The translations under genes and the position numbers were made by a program. Below, piece by piece: positions 46,560 through 56,891 of a DNA stretch of 64,000 nt. The stretch's first letter is position 1; the number at the start of each line of letters is the position of its first letter. The notes under the pieces are model-generated. The model made no database searches and was not told where the DNA came from. It saw nothing but the letters and a program-made list of their open reading frames with translations. The stretch is taken from positions 1-64,000 of the IMG/VR virus record IMGVR_UViG_3300046660_000716. One strand, given 5' to 3'.

Positions 46560-47095
46560 TTCTTCGCCAGCGAGAAGGAGAAGGTGAACGGGAGGCGCAT
46601 CTCGGGACCCCACGGCTTGTCGTTCCAGCCGGTGAAGTAGCTGTTGTCCGCCAGGAAGTAGTTCCAGGCCTTCCAGCCGAACTTCCACTGGATGCCGAGC
46701 GCGGTGGTGCGCAGACAGAACGCGCCGTTCGGGCCGGTGGCGTAGAACTCCGGGCTCGGACCCGGCTCGTAGCGCACCACGGTCCACTCCTTCGGGTCGA
46801 ACTCGACGCCCAGCAGCCAGTACTCCAGGCCGTAGGCAGGGTTGCGGTACAGCCACTTGACGTGCGTCCAGTAGGTGCCGATCTGGCCCGCCGGGAGGCC
46901 GGCGTCCAGGTCCGCGTCGAACGTGTCGAACCACTTCAGCCACGAGGGCAGCGTCGGGCCGACGTGCATGACGCCGCGGTCCCACACCTCCCCGGGGCGG
47001 GCGAAAAGCGGCGCCCACCAGTAGACGAAGGCGAAGCAGAAGAGCGTGAACGCGAAGTCCAGCAGGGCGATGAACGGATAGAGAAGTCGCAGCAT
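46556..47095 (-). CDS. hypothetical aromatic-rich membrane-anchored protein
   Basis: N-terminal TM; WLYRNPAYG. Confidence 0.7.
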   Translation of the reverse strand: MLRLLYPFIALLDFAFTLFCFAFVYWWAPLFARPGEVWDRGVMHVGPTLPSWLKWFDTFDADLDAGLPAGQIGTYWTHVKWLYRNPAYGLEYWLLGVEFDPKEWTVVRYEPGPSPEFYATGPNGAFCLRTTALGIQWKFGWKAWNYFLADNSYFTGWNDKPWGPEMRLPFTFSFSLAKK

Positions 47096-47123
47096 GGCGT
47101 TTCCTTTGGTTGTGGTTGTTGTT

Positions 47124-47522
47124 CTAGATCAGGTCGTTGCGCATCACGGAGTACATCCGCATGGCCTTCTTGTACATCTGCAGCGCCACGCGCTGCGTGT
47201 TGGGGTGCTTGTCGAGCTTGGCGAGAAAGCCTTCGATCGTGTAGCTGCCGCCGGGCGTGTGGGACCCGGCCTTGTAGTCCACGTGCAGAGAGTGGAAGAG
47301 GCGGCCGCCGACGTACCGCTGGTGCTGGAAGTCGGTGATGCTGCAGACGCACAGGTAGATCGAGCCGGTGTCGTCGCCGTTGCCGATCACCCTCGTGGTG
47401 ATCTGGTGGAACCGCTTGCGGTAGGGGTACGATCGCTGGGCGTTGATGTACAGCATCGACTCCTCGTTGATGCTGAAGACCTGCCGAGGCACCAGCTTCG
47501 GCGTTTCCATCGCGGGCGTCAC
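47124..47522 (-). CDS. hypothetical protein
   Basis: 132 aa. Confidence 0.6.
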   Translation of the reverse strand: MTPAMETPKLVPRQVFSINEESMLYINAQRSYPYRKRFHQITTRVIGNGDDTGSIYLCVCSITDFQHQRYVGGRLFHSLHVDYKAGSHTPGGSYTIEGFLAKLDKHPNTQRVALQMYKKAMRMYSVMRNDLI

Positions 47523-48091
47523 GGCGCCGCGCTTCCGGTGTCGGCCGATGCGCCCGATTCACAGGTAGCTGTTGCGGCGGGCTGTTTGGGCTGCCAGTGC
47601 AGGGTGGCGGTCACGCTGCAGTAGGCGCACGGGTCGTGGGCGTACACGGCGTACATGCTGATCTTCTCCAGCACCGCGCTGAAGTGATCCCGGAGGTGCG
47701 GATCTTCCAGCCACCTGGCGTCGATCAGGATCTGGTTGTCGCCCTGGCCCCGGGCGGCCTGCGCAAGCAGGGCTGTGAGCTGGTAGCGCATGAAGTTGCG
47801 GTAGCTTTCGAGGGCGCGGACCTCGTCGGTCAGGCTGAGAAGGAGCGCGTGGGCGGCGCGCAGCGGATCCGTCTCCCCGGCCCGCTTCCGCCTCTCCTCC
47901 GCCTCGACGAGCGCCAGGCAGATGCAGATGGACGCGCAGAAGACGAAGGACCCGACCGCCAAGGGAACGGCGATCTTCTGCGCGATGACGCCGGCCGTGA
48001 AGAGCCACCAGTCCATGACCAGATGGCAAACGAGAAGAGCCACGAGCGCAACGCGGCGCGTGACAAATATGGTCGTGCGGTTGAAGTTCAT
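47519..48091 (-). CDS. hypothetical two-TM protein
   Basis: two hydrophobic helices after MNFNRT. Confidence 0.6.
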   Translation of the reverse strand: MNFNRTTIFVTRRVALVALLVCHLVMDWWLFTAGVIAQKIAVPLAVGSFVFCASICICLALVEAEERRKRAGETDPLRAAHALLLSLTDEVRALESYRNFMRYQLTALLAQAARGQGDNQILIDARWLEDPHLRDHFSAVLEKISMYAVYAHDPCAYCSVTATLHWQPKQPAATATCESGASADTGSAAP

Positions 48092-48498
48092 GGCTGTTTC
48101 CCTTGCTTTGGCACCATTGCTACGTGCGTGAGGACGAATTCGCGGACCGTCCCGTCCGGATCCACTTTTGCGGCGTATCCGCCGGGAACGAAATCGGCGA
48201 ATTCGCTCATGGGGGCGAGGGTGTTCGGTATGGGGCGCATCGCGGCCACCGCGCACCCCTCGTCATCGACATCCAGGCGCACTACGCGGTGCGTGATGTC
48301 ATCGATGCTGATGGTGAGGCCCGGCTGCTCCTTGACCGTGCCGAAGAACGATCCGTTCTCGACTCGGTCTGCCGCGCCGTTGACCATGGCCATGATCACT
48401 TCCCTGGGGTACACCCGCCCGTTCCTCGTGCGCTCACCGGCTTTGATGATTACCACGGTCTTCAGCTTGTCGTCGTCCGGTGCTTGTGTGTCTGCCAT
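48088..48498 (-). CDS. truncated/degenerate T4 gp21-like prohead protease homolog
   Basis: TRNGRVYPREVI and ISIDDITHRVVRL; no GELxHP or SSRG. Confidence 0.5.
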   Translation of the reverse strand: MADTQAPDDDKLKTVVIIKAGERTRNGRVYPREVIMAMVNGAADRVENGSFFGTVKEQPGLTISIDDITHRVVRLDVDDEGCAVAAMRPIPNTLAPMSEFADFVPGGYAAKVDPDGTVREFVLTHVAMVPKQGKQP

Positions 48499-48594
48499 CT
48501 TGAATCTCCTGTAGGTTGCGGTTGCAAGCGAATGATATCGGCGCCGAACACTTGTTTAGAAGTCATCCCTTTTCCCACGCAGAGGAACGCCACA

Positions 48595-49566
48595 ATGTCC
48601 GCCCAACCGAAGACCCTGAGCAGCCTGTCGCTGATCGCCGTATCCTTCCCCAACGCCGAGAACCTCCGCGACCTCACCCAGTTCGTGCTGACCCGCGACG
48701 AGGTGCCGCACGCCGAGATCGAGGACAACCTGCGCCAGATCTCCCGCCGCTTCGAGCGCTTTCCGCTGAAGGGCCGGACCCTGGACCTGTACACCAACAA
48801 CCGCATCCACCTGCTGAGCAACAAGGACACCGTGAAGGTGCCGACCGTGCTGCCGGGCTGGCGCGTCGCGGGTGACCGCGGCGTCGTCGCCTACGTCAAC
48901 ATCTCGCAGTACGTCCCGGCGGCCGGCGCGCACTCGATGGACGTGCGCAAGCTGTTCGGCTTCATGGTGTTCGGCGAGGTCCTGGTGGACGTGTTCGACC
49001 AGTGGGCCAAGGTCGCCAACAGCGTCCAGCTCGCCAAGTCCGCGTCCGTCGTGTACGCCCGCATGATGCACAAGGTCGTCGACAAGCTGACCGGCGTCGG
49101 CATGGACCAGCTGCGCAGCGACCAGGTGAAGTTCATCTTCGCCAAGTACTTCCTGGTCAACATGCTGGGTCGCGCAGCCAACGAGTCGGCCGACACCCTG
49201 GCGCAGAGCGCCACCCGCGGCTCGGCGATGAACGCCCTCGGCGACTTCGAGAGCGGCGTCGCGGCGCAGTGCGGCGCGACCACGCAGAAGGACCTGTACT
49301 CGCTGGGGATCCTGGACTTCCTGGACGCGCTGTCCAAGTCCGCCCCGTGGCTGAACCGCATGTCGGGCCGCTCGTTCGTGCAGAACTACAGCTCGATGTA
49401 CGGCGCGCCCGCCCTGCTGGGCGCCGAGGACGCGGGGTACTTCCTGGCCCTGGTCGCCACCCACCAGGCCGGAGCCGAGATCATCGCCGGGTTCTCCTTT
49501 GATCCGGTGTACGGCAAGGAGGGCGACGACACCCTCGACGCCCTCGCGGCGCTCGTCCGCACCTGA
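48595..49566 (+). CDS. hypothetical protein
   Basis: 323 aa from MSAQPK, GAGGA RBS, strongly biased codon use. Confidence 0.75.
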   Translation: MSAQPKTLSSLSLIAVSFPNAENLRDLTQFVLTRDEVPHAEIEDNLRQISRRFERFPLKGRTLDLYTNNRIHLLSNKDTVKVPTVLPGWRVAGDRGVVAYVNISQYVPAAGAHSMDVRKLFGFMVFGEVLVDVFDQWAKVANSVQLAKSASVVYARMMHKVVDKLTGVGMDQLRSDQVKFIFAKYFLVNMLGRAANESADTLAQSATRGSAMNALGDFESGVAAQCGATTQKDLYSLGILDFLDALSKSAPWLNRMSGRSFVQNYSSMYGAPALLGAEDAGYFLALVATHQAGAEIIAGFSFDPVYGKEGDDTLDALAALVRT

Positions 49567-49725
49567 CCCGGCGGTCTCCCGGTGCGTCTGTCTTTGGAGC
49601 CGTAAAGGCCCCCCGAAGACAGAAGCATATAATTCAGTTGGAGACCCAGAAAGTAGTCTTCGCGTTCGTGGCCCTTACCCGACCACCGGGTAAGGGCATT
49701 CATAATTCCTAGAAGGAGTCAGTAC

Positions 49726-51315
49726 ATGTCCCAAGCAACCATGAAGTCATTCGCAGATCTGCGCACCGCTGGAGTAGTTACCCGTCCAGGCGCCAGCGTG
49801 CACACCGGTTCCAAGGCTCAGCCGCCACAGCTGAACCCTCGCTCACGTGGTCGCCATCGCGCGCCCACCGTCGTGCGAGCGCGACCGGTATACGATCCGG
49901 TGACTAAGCCCCAAGAGTCCCTGGGGCAATTGGCTGCTATCATCGAGGCCGTATACAACGGCCGCGGCATCCAGCACGTGCTCCCGCTGTCCGACCACAT
50001 CGTCCGCTGCCTCACGGCCGTGGCGCTGCGCAAGGACCCCGGCTTGCCGCACGAAAAGACTGCGCTGCGCGCGGTCGAGAACATCGTCACCCAGGCCGCG
50101 GTCGGGGTGGACGGCCACTTCCACGCAACCCGCACCCGCCGCCTCCTGACCATGCTGGCCGAAACGCCAGCGGTCGACGAGCTGGGCAACCTGGTGCGCA
50201 TCAACAAGCGCAAAGAACCATTCACCCTCGAGGTCGTTGAGCGCCCCAAAGACGCAGCCAACGCCCGCGAGGTCTACGAACTTTGGGTCCCAATCGACGA
50301 CACCCTCCTCGGGCGCCTCGAAACTTCCAAGATCACCAAGCTGGACAGCATCCGCTCCAGCTCCATGGTCCATCTCCGCAACACCGTTCCGGACATCGGC
50401 TGCGCAATCGCAACGACGGCGCTCTCAATCAACGGCTACACCAGCAACGGTATGCCGATCACCGACCTGCTGCGCACGAACTTCCCGACCATCTCCTGGG
50501 TCGAGAACGTGATCAGCGATCTGCGCTCCATCCTCACCGACGAGGACGAAGCGTCGCGCGGCTACCTCTTCATCACCTTCGTCGAGGGCGAGAACGCCAT
50601 GGAGATCGAGGAGTACGCGGCGCTGGCCGAGGAGCTCGAAACCATCAAGGTGGTCGACGGCGCCCCGACGACCGAGCGCGACCGCGTCCGGGCCAAGTAC
50701 ATGGGCAAGAAGGCGCACTTTGACGGCCTCAAGGCGAAGTGGAAAGCCGTGCAGCGCGACATCGACGTGATCCAGCAGGAGGCGCTGGCGATCGCCGATA
50801 ACGTGCTGGCCTACGTCCGCTTCAAGCGCGACGAGAAGGAGTACGCGCGCAGCGTGGAGGCGATGCGCGCGGGGAACAACGAGCCGGAGCCTGCCAAGGC
50901 CGGCCCGAAAGTGGTGGCTCCAACCAAGCCACGCGTCGCCCGGCAATCGGAAATGACGCCGGACTCAGCTGCAGCGCTGGTCCGCATGACGAGCGATACG
51001 GAGATCGAACTGTCGGCTCCGATGTTCAACGCTGTGGCCCTCGGGCTCAGCGAGGTCGCCAACAAGCGCGACCTCCTCGCGATCGGCCTGGACGGCGGGC
51101 GCGAGTGCTTGGCGATCTATCCGGGCGTGGTGTGGGAAGCGGTCATCGGACCGATGGACCACGCGCTCGACATCGATCGCATTGAGACGGATGTGCGCAT
51201 GGTGGTCATCGCACCCCGTCGCGTCGGCAACATGGGACTGGACATGAGCCAAGCCCGCATGCTGATGGTGCACGAGTATGAGAACTACTTCAGCCCTGTG
51301 GTAGAGCTGGAGTAA
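49726..51315 (+). CDS. hypothetical protein with central coiled-coil
   Basis: 529 aa, AAGGAG RBS. Confidence 0.75.
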   Translation: MSQATMKSFADLRTAGVVTRPGASVHTGSKAQPPQLNPRSRGRHRAPTVVRARPVYDPVTKPQESLGQLAAIIEAVYNGRGIQHVLPLSDHIVRCLTAVALRKDPGLPHEKTALRAVENIVTQAAVGVDGHFHATRTRRLLTMLAETPAVDELGNLVRINKRKEPFTLEVVERPKDAANAREVYELWVPIDDTLLGRLETSKITKLDSIRSSSMVHLRNTVPDIGCAIATTALSINGYTSNGMPITDLLRTNFPTISWVENVISDLRSILTDEDEASRGYLFITFVEGENAMEIEEYAALAEELETIKVVDGAPTTERDRVRAKYMGKKAHFDGLKAKWKAVQRDIDVIQQEALAIADNVLAYVRFKRDEKEYARSVEAMRAGNNEPEPAKAGPKVVAPTKPRVARQSEMTPDSAAALVRMTSDTEIELSAPMFNAVALGLSEVANKRDLLAIGLDGGRECLAIYPGVVWEAVIGPMDHALDIDRIETDVRMVVIAPRRVGNMGLDMSQARMLMVHEYENYFSPVVELE

Positions 51316-51325
51316 CCTGTACGAG

Positions 51326-51391
51326 CCCCTACCCTTCGCGGGGTAGGGGCGTCACTTTTCGAAGGGGCCGCGAACGCGCCCCTTCTTTTTT
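51326..51391 (+). terminator. tandem hairpins / intrinsic terminator
   Basis: CCCCTACCC-TTCGC-GGGGTAGGGG and GAAGGGGC...GCCCCTTC-T6. Confidence 0.7.
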
Positions 51392-51424
51392 CACACCGAA
51401 TTCACTCGACCGGAGCACACGAAA

Positions 51425-51916
51425 ATGGAAAACTTCTTCAACCTGGTTCGCCAAGAGCAAGACAAGGCGGCCCGCGAAGAGCGCCTGAAGCCCAACGAGT
51501 TCGACATCCGCTGCTGCCAGCGCCTGGAGGCGGCCGGCGTCGAGGCGTTCGACAAGCGCACGCGCAAGTTCCCCGAGGACAGCATCTACATGGGCTCCCT
51601 GCACGGCTGGATGTTCGAGTTCCACCGCGGCTACATCATCGCGGAAGGCCCCGGCATCCCGCTGGTACCGTACGCCTGGAAGCTGCACGAGGACCACGGC
51701 CAGCACGTGCGCGTCGACGGCCACTGCGGCTGCCCGGCCCCGTACGAGCAGCACAACGGCCTGGCGATCGGGAAGTACCACGTGGACACGGACGCAGGCC
51801 TCCAGGCCTTAGTTACCGTGATCCGTAAAGTCGTATCAGACGCGGCCGTGACCGTGAAAGGCATGGAAACCGACAAAGCCGCACAGGCGCGAAAGGATAG
51901 CAATGGACAAAGTTAA
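51425..51916 (+). CDS. hypothetical protein
   Basis: 163 aa; VRVDGHCGCPAP, YHVDT. Confidence 0.7.
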   Translation: MENFFNLVRQEQDKAAREERLKPNEFDIRCCQRLEAAGVEAFDKRTRKFPEDSIYMGSLHGWMFEFHRGYIIAEGPGIPLVPYAWKLHEDHGQHVRVDGHCGCPAPYEQHNGLAIGKYHVDTDAGLQALVTVIRKVVSDAAVTVKGMETDKAAQARKDSNGQS

Positions 51917-52319
51917 CATCATACCGGAAGAGATGATCATCCTGCAGCTCAAGGACGAACTCCCGAACCGCAACCCGACCATCTCGGATCGGCGCCGCCC
52001 GCTCCTGCAGATCGGCATAGCCGACGTCTCTCTGCGCCCGATCGTCGCCCGCGGTCGCAAAGTCCTGCAGGACAGCGACCCGATGGGTTTCAGCCTGAAG
52101 TCGGTCGAGGTCATGCTCACGCCGGACGAAATGCAGCTCGTTCGCTTCCGGGACGAGCTGGGCTGGTGTAACGTCGGGAAGCACACGATCCTGACCGCCG
52201 CGAGCATCCGCGTATTCGAGGGCGTGGCGATCAAGATCTACGCCGAATTCAACCTGCCCGGCGTAGCCGCTCCGACCTCGTACTTCTGCACCGACGCAGT
52301 CGTGCATCCCTATCTTTGA
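51903..52319 (+). CDS. hypothetical protein
   Basis: 138 aa, AAGGA RBS. Confidence 0.65.
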   Translation: MDKVNIIPEEMIILQLKDELPNRNPTISDRRRPLLQIGIADVSLRPIVARGRKVLQDSDPMGFSLKSVEVMLTPDEMQLVRFRDELGWCNVGKHTILTAASIRVFEGVAIKIYAEFNLPGVAAPTSYFCTDAVVHPYL

Positions 52320-52332
52320 AAGGACTGACCAA

Positions 52333-52797
52333 ATGAATCCAGCTCCACTTCTTGCCATCCTGCTCGGCGCGATCGGCTCATCCATCGGCATCTACTTCGG
52401 GTACCAGTGGGGGTACCGCGCGGCGTTCCGGCAGATCAAGAACGAGCCGGCGCCGGCAACCCCGCTGCGCGCGCCATCGATTGTCGGCGCCTTGGTCACC
52501 ATCCGCCAGCTCGCAGCCGCGATCGACCGCGATGACGCGTTCAGCGAGTTCGTCAAGAATCGGCTCTCCAGCTACCTGGAGGGCGCCGAGGCGGAATGGT
52601 CTTCGCTGCAGAGCCAGGACGAGCAGTGGATAGACCGGCCTCCAACCCGGAACGTCTTCTGCAAGGCACTCATCGCGGAGGGGTTCTACGTGGTGTGGCG
52701 ATCGATCGCCCAGAACCGCAGCGTGCTCTACATCTGCGCGGCCAACAACCTGGCTGCGCGCCAAGCACTGCAGGCCAAGCTGAAGGAGGCTGCGTGA
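52333..52797 (+). CDS. membrane-anchored hypothetical protein
   Basis: N-terminal TM then GYQWGY. Confidence 0.65.
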   Translation: MNPAPLLAILLGAIGSSIGIYFGYQWGYRAAFRQIKNEPAPATPLRAPSIVGALVTIRQLAAAIDRDDAFSEFVKNRLSSYLEGAEAEWSSLQSQDEQWIDRPPTRNVFCKALIAEGFYVVWRSIAQNRSVLYICAANNLAARQALQAKLKEAA

Positions 52798-53318
52798 TGG
52801 ATCACCTGACCGTGAACTGGACCGGGTTCATTTGGGTGCTCATCCTCATGGGATGGGCGTACATCGCCGGCAGGAGCAGCGGCGCGAAGAGCGAGCGCCT
52901 GAGCGCCATGCGCGGCGCCCTGCAGGATGCCGAGTACGCGACCCGCCGCGCCAAGATGGAGATCGCCAGGCGCAACAGCCCACCGGTCCTGACCGTCTCC
53001 GTGGAGAAGGCCATGGCCGCGTGCGGCGAGCACCTCACCATCCAGCTCGCCCAGCAGCCGAACGACATCTACTCGCGCAGCCTCATGCGATTCGTGTCCG
53101 AGGACCTCCGCCAGTGCCTGACCGAGGCCGAAGAGACCGGCTTCGGATGCGTCCTCGACTGCAGCAACGAGACATGGATCTTGGACGGCGGCCTCGAGCG
53201 GTTCCTCAAGAAAATACTCAACGCGTCCGGCTTCGACATAGCCTTCACCGATTCGGACGACCTACCTATGTGCAAGATATTCTTCACCGTGCGTGGAGAG
53301 AAAGCGACCCAAGAATGA
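52797..53318 (+). CDS. membrane-anchored hypothetical protein
   Basis: TGATG coupling; N-terminal TM. Confidence 0.65.
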   Translation: MDHLTVNWTGFIWVLILMGWAYIAGRSSGAKSERLSAMRGALQDAEYATRRAKMEIARRNSPPVLTVSVEKAMAACGEHLTIQLAQQPNDIYSRSLMRFVSEDLRQCLTEAEETGFGCVLDCSNETWILDGGLERFLKKILNASGFDIAFTDSDDLPMCKIFFTVRGEKATQE

Positions 53319-53773
53319 CCATCCTGAAAGACCCGACCTTCAAGATCCTCCCGGGGACCCCCGCCAGCTTCCTGGCCTCCGAGGAGGTGGCCGACAACCG
53401 CCTGCGCTCCCGCGCAGCCATGTGCCTGCACGTCATCATCACCGCGGCGCTGTGCAACTATCCGGCCGTCATCGCTGCCATCGAGAACAAGGGCACCGAC
53501 TTCAGCTACCTGGCAACCATGGCTGCCGAGATCTCCGAGTGCCACGAGGCGTACGCCCGCGTGGCGCGGTCCGAGTCCAAGGACATGGCGGCTGACATCG
53601 CTCTGTACCTAAAGATCTCCGCGCGCACGGCCAAGTTCACGGAGGAGCTCGGCGTGAAGTTGGTGTCGATCGCTTTCGACACCCAGCTCACCGGGTGCAA
53701 TGGGACCCAGGACATCGACGAAAAGATTCTCTTCCCCCTGCGCTCGCTGGGCTACACGGCGACTTCGGCATGA
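53315..53773 (+). CDS. hypothetical protein
   Basis: ATGA coupling, MTILKDP start. Confidence 0.6.
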   Translation: MTILKDPTFKILPGTPASFLASEEVADNRLRSRAAMCLHVIITAALCNYPAVIAAIENKGTDFSYLATMAAEISECHEAYARVARSESKDMAADIALYLKISARTAKFTEELGVKLVSIAFDTQLTGCNGTQDIDEKILFPLRSLGYTATSA

Positions 53774-53925
53774 CGGCCGAGTTCCTGCGACTCGGCGCCT
53801 ACGTCCTCGTGGTGGCCTCGGCCTTTATGATCGGCTATTCCCGCGGCCGGGCCTCGGCGGTCGCCGAGCAGGCCATGAAAGACACCGCCAAGCACCTGGC
53901 ACTCTACGAGAAGGACGGCGAATGA
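53770..53925 (+). CDS. small membrane protein
   Basis: MTAEFLRLGAYVLVVASAFMIGYSRG; ATGA coupling. Confidence 0.55.
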   Translation: MTAEFLRLGAYVLVVASAFMIGYSRGRASAVAEQAMKDTAKHLALYEKDGE

Positions 53926-54626
53926 ACCACGCACTCTACAACGAAGTCCGCGACATCGCGGTCCAGTTCCCCATCACGCTCCTAACACGAGGATCCACAA
54001 TGAGCGCACCGGAAGTACCACTCTTCCTCTGGCAGACGCAGTCGCCGACGTACCGCGGGAAACCGCGCATCCGCCGGCTCGACGATGGTCGCTACAGCCT
54101 GGACATGACGGACTCGGAGCAGAGCCCGATCGGATGCATGCTGTACTACATCCACTACGGTAACACGACCCTGTACAAGCTGGCGCCGGACCCGACCGGC
54201 GCCCCGCACGACGGCGGAGAGCACAAGCTCCGCATTCGCGGTCGTATCGAGGATCTGATCGCCTACCTGGAGATCATCGTCGAGTGCTTCGTCGGCGATC
54301 GCTTCATCGACGGCCGAGCGGAGATGATGACCTGGCACGCTGACCTGAAGCGTATCTCGGAGCCGCTGAAGTTCACGGTGATGAAGAAGCGGGCTGCGCG
54401 CCCGGAAAGCGGGGCGTACACGTTCGATCTCGCCAGGGCGGCCGATACGCTGCTCGGCATCGAGCAGCCCGACGCACCAGTCGAAGGCTTCCGCCTGATC
54501 GACAACAGCCGCGGCACCGACGTCATCATGACGCAGAAGAAGCCGTACAAAATGACCCTCAGCGATAACGGCTTGCAGCTGTGTACCGAATCACTCGAAC
54601 CAACCAATCCAACCATGAAGGAGTAA
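53922..54626 (+). CDS. hypothetical protein (alternative start 54000)
   Basis: ATGA coupling; second ATG with GAGGA RBS. Confidence 0.6.
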   Translation: MNHALYNEVRDIAVQFPITLLTRGSTMSAPEVPLFLWQTQSPTYRGKPRIRRLDDGRYSLDMTDSEQSPIGCMLYYIHYGNTTLYKLAPDPTGAPHDGGEHKLRIRGRIEDLIAYLEIIVECFVGDRFIDGRAEMMTWHADLKRISEPLKFTVMKKRAARPESGAYTFDLARAADTLLGIEQPDAPVEGFRLIDNSRGTDVIMTQKKPYKMTLSDNGLQLCTESLEPTNPTMKE

Positions 54627-54630
54627 CAAG

Positions 54631-55749
54631 ATGAGCCTCAACCTCTTAGACGTAGTGACCGTGCAGAAGCCCAAGCCAGCCAACCTGAACAAGGCAGAGC
54701 TGGAGGAGCTGAACGCGGCCCGCTTCGCTGCCGAGCTCTCGCTGAACACTATCGGCAAGGCCATGGCGAAGTCCAACGCAGCTCGCTCGGTCAAATACAG
54801 CGAAGAATGCGAAGCCATGGCGACGGCCGGCAAAATCATCGCAGCGCAGCAGAACGCCGCCGAGATCGAGCTGATGACGGCATTCTTCCACCGCACCGGC
54901 TCCCTGCCGGCCAACGCGGAGCAGCAAGCGATCGAACTGGACACCTACTACCGCAATGACGTAAAGGTGGAAAAGGGCCTGGGACGGATCGACGTCATCG
55001 ACCGCTTCAATCAGACGCCGCGCGTCGCCATGCCGGACCTGATGGAGATCTCCCGCATCGCCAACATGATCGTCATCCCGTTTGACTACCTCAACCCGCA
55101 GAGCTACAAGGATGAGAGCTACGAGATGCGCCAGTCGATCCAGCGGTTCCGCGACGCGGCGGTAAAGGCCAGCATGCAGATGTACGTCATCTGCCCGCTG
55201 CGCCACTACTCCATCCTGGAGCACCTGCGCGCCACGGATGCAAACCTGCCGATCGCGGCCAACGCATTCTCGCAGAACTTCGACGTGCTGGGGATGATGA
55301 TGCCGGCGATGATGATGTTCTCCGACAAGCTGCAGAACCTGGAAGGCGACATTCGCCAGCTCTACAGTAAGGTCGACACGCTCGATGCCGGAATGAAGGG
55401 CGTTGTGCGCGGCATGGAAAGCATGACGCAGAAGCTGGATGCGCTGCAGGCGACCGTGGAGAAACAGCAGCTCGAGCTGATCCGCCAGAAAGCGGAGCAG
55501 GCCGAGATAAAGCGCGCCGAACAGGCACGCGCCGCCGAGCGTACCCGCGCCGAGTATGTGTGGTACATGCCGTACGAACCTCTGGCGTTCGCCGTGCCCA
55601 AGGGCAAGACGATCCTGGATGCCGATTTCGGCTACCTCGGCCCATGCTGGGGTCCAGACTTCGATGCCATCGTGGCGGCGGCCCTGGAACTGAGCGTCCG
55701 CAAGGGTCAGCGCGCCAAGCTGGAAAACGTCATCGATCGCCTCTGGTGA
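54631..55749 (+). CDS. hypothetical coiled-coil protein
   Basis: 372 aa, AAGGAG RBS. Confidence 0.75.
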   Translation: MSLNLLDVVTVQKPKPANLNKAELEELNAARFAAELSLNTIGKAMAKSNAARSVKYSEECEAMATAGKIIAAQQNAAEIELMTAFFHRTGSLPANAEQQAIELDTYYRNDVKVEKGLGRIDVIDRFNQTPRVAMPDLMEISRIANMIVIPFDYLNPQSYKDESYEMRQSIQRFRDAAVKASMQMYVICPLRHYSILEHLRATDANLPIAANAFSQNFDVLGMMMPAMMMFSDKLQNLEGDIRQLYSKVDTLDAGMKGVVRGMESMTQKLDALQATVEKQQLELIRQKAEQAEIKRAEQARAAERTRAEYVWYMPYEPLAFAVPKGKTILDADFGYLGPCWGPDFDAIVAAALELSVRKGQRAKLENVIDRLW

Positions 55750-55753
55750 CGCC

Positions 55754-55876
55754 ATGGCCATCCACAAACTGACCATCTTGTTTGGCGTCGCCTCGACTGT
55801 CATCATGCTCACTGTCAGCTACCTCGCGGTGGCCGACTACGAGCAGCGGCACGAGGCGGCGGTTCTGAAACGCTGA
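55754..55876 (+). CDS. small membrane protein
   Basis: MAIHKLTILFGVASTVIMLTVSYLAVADYEQRHEAAVLKR. Confidence 0.45.
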   Translation: MAIHKLTILFGVASTVIMLTVSYLAVADYEQRHEAAVLKR

Positions 55877-55880
55877 TGCA

Positions 55881-55921
55881 GGGGTGCGGCTTCGGCCGCA
55901 CCTCCCGCTTATTCTTTTTTG
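55881..55921 (+). terminator. intrinsic terminator with UUCG loop
   Basis: GGTGCGGC-TTCG-GCCGCACC followed by a T-rich tract. Confidence 0.65.
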
Positions 55922-55988
55922 AAGTCGGAATAGCCATATTAGACCATTAACATTCGTCTGCAATGAATCCCATCCACGGAGAGAAACG

Positions 55989-56891
55989 ATGACCATAGCA
56001 GCACTGAAGCAAATGATCCCAGCAATGCCGACTGCGCGCGAAGCGCTCGACTCCCTGACCGACCTGTTCGGCATCATCCAGACCTTGAAGGTGCCGGTTC
56101 CGGATGACCGGCACGCGATGATTGCGCGTGCGCGCTCCTTCGTGGAGGCGGCAGCCCTGCACCGCGGGCTCGGCCCGGACGTCGATGGCAGCTCGGATAT
56201 GCCGGGCTCGCGCGCCATCGCCTGTAACTGCTCGCCCGGCGAGTCGTGCTTCCAGCGCCTGGACGGAACGATCGCGTGCGAAGACACGACCGGCGCCGCC
56301 CCGGCCCGCATTTTGGTGCGCTTCGACGGCAAGCAGATCGCCCGCACCTACGAAGAGCTTCCGCGCCAATCCGAGCTCATCGGTGACTTCAAAGAAGGCT
56401 TGCCGCTCTACCCGGTCGAAGCCCGCTGGCCTCTGGTCAAGCGCGAGCGCATGATCGGCGGCGGCATCGAAGACGTGGTCGCCACGGCTCTGAAGGAGAA
56501 CACCATGCTCGACGCCATCATGACGGCGTGCATCTGGGAGGGCGAGCGCGTCATCGGCGGCATCATGCACCAGGTCCGCACCGCCGTGCCGACCTTCAAC
56601 GTCGAGCAGTGGGACACCTGCTACGGCCACGTCATCGACCGCATCGTCACGAGCTGGATGAGCCAGCGCGTTACCACGGACCCGAACCACCTCAAGACCC
56701 TCGCGCGCGACACCTTCGAGCGCATGTACGGCATCGAGCCTAGCGCCCGCCTGGACGGTGAGTCGTTCATCTACCTAGACGGCGACATGAACGACCAGTG
56801 GCACGAGTTCAACCGGGGGTACGCCTCCGCGTACGCGGCGATCACCGCCGACGTCTACCTGACCCTGGAAAAGACGGGGTACCGCAAGTGA
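55989..56891 (+). CDS. hypothetical protein
   Basis: 300 aa, GGAG RBS. Confidence 0.7.
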   Translation: MTIAALKQMIPAMPTAREALDSLTDLFGIIQTLKVPVPDDRHAMIARARSFVEAAALHRGLGPDVDGSSDMPGSRAIACNCSPGESCFQRLDGTIACEDTTGAAPARILVRFDGKQIARTYEELPRQSELIGDFKEGLPLYPVEARWPLVKRERMIGGGIEDVVATALKENTMLDAIMTACIWEGERVIGGIMHQVRTAVPTFNVEQWDTCYGHVIDRIVTSWMSQRVTTDPNHLKTLARDTFERMYGIEPSARLDGESFIYLDGDMNDQWHEFNRGYASAYAAITADVYLTLEKTGYRK

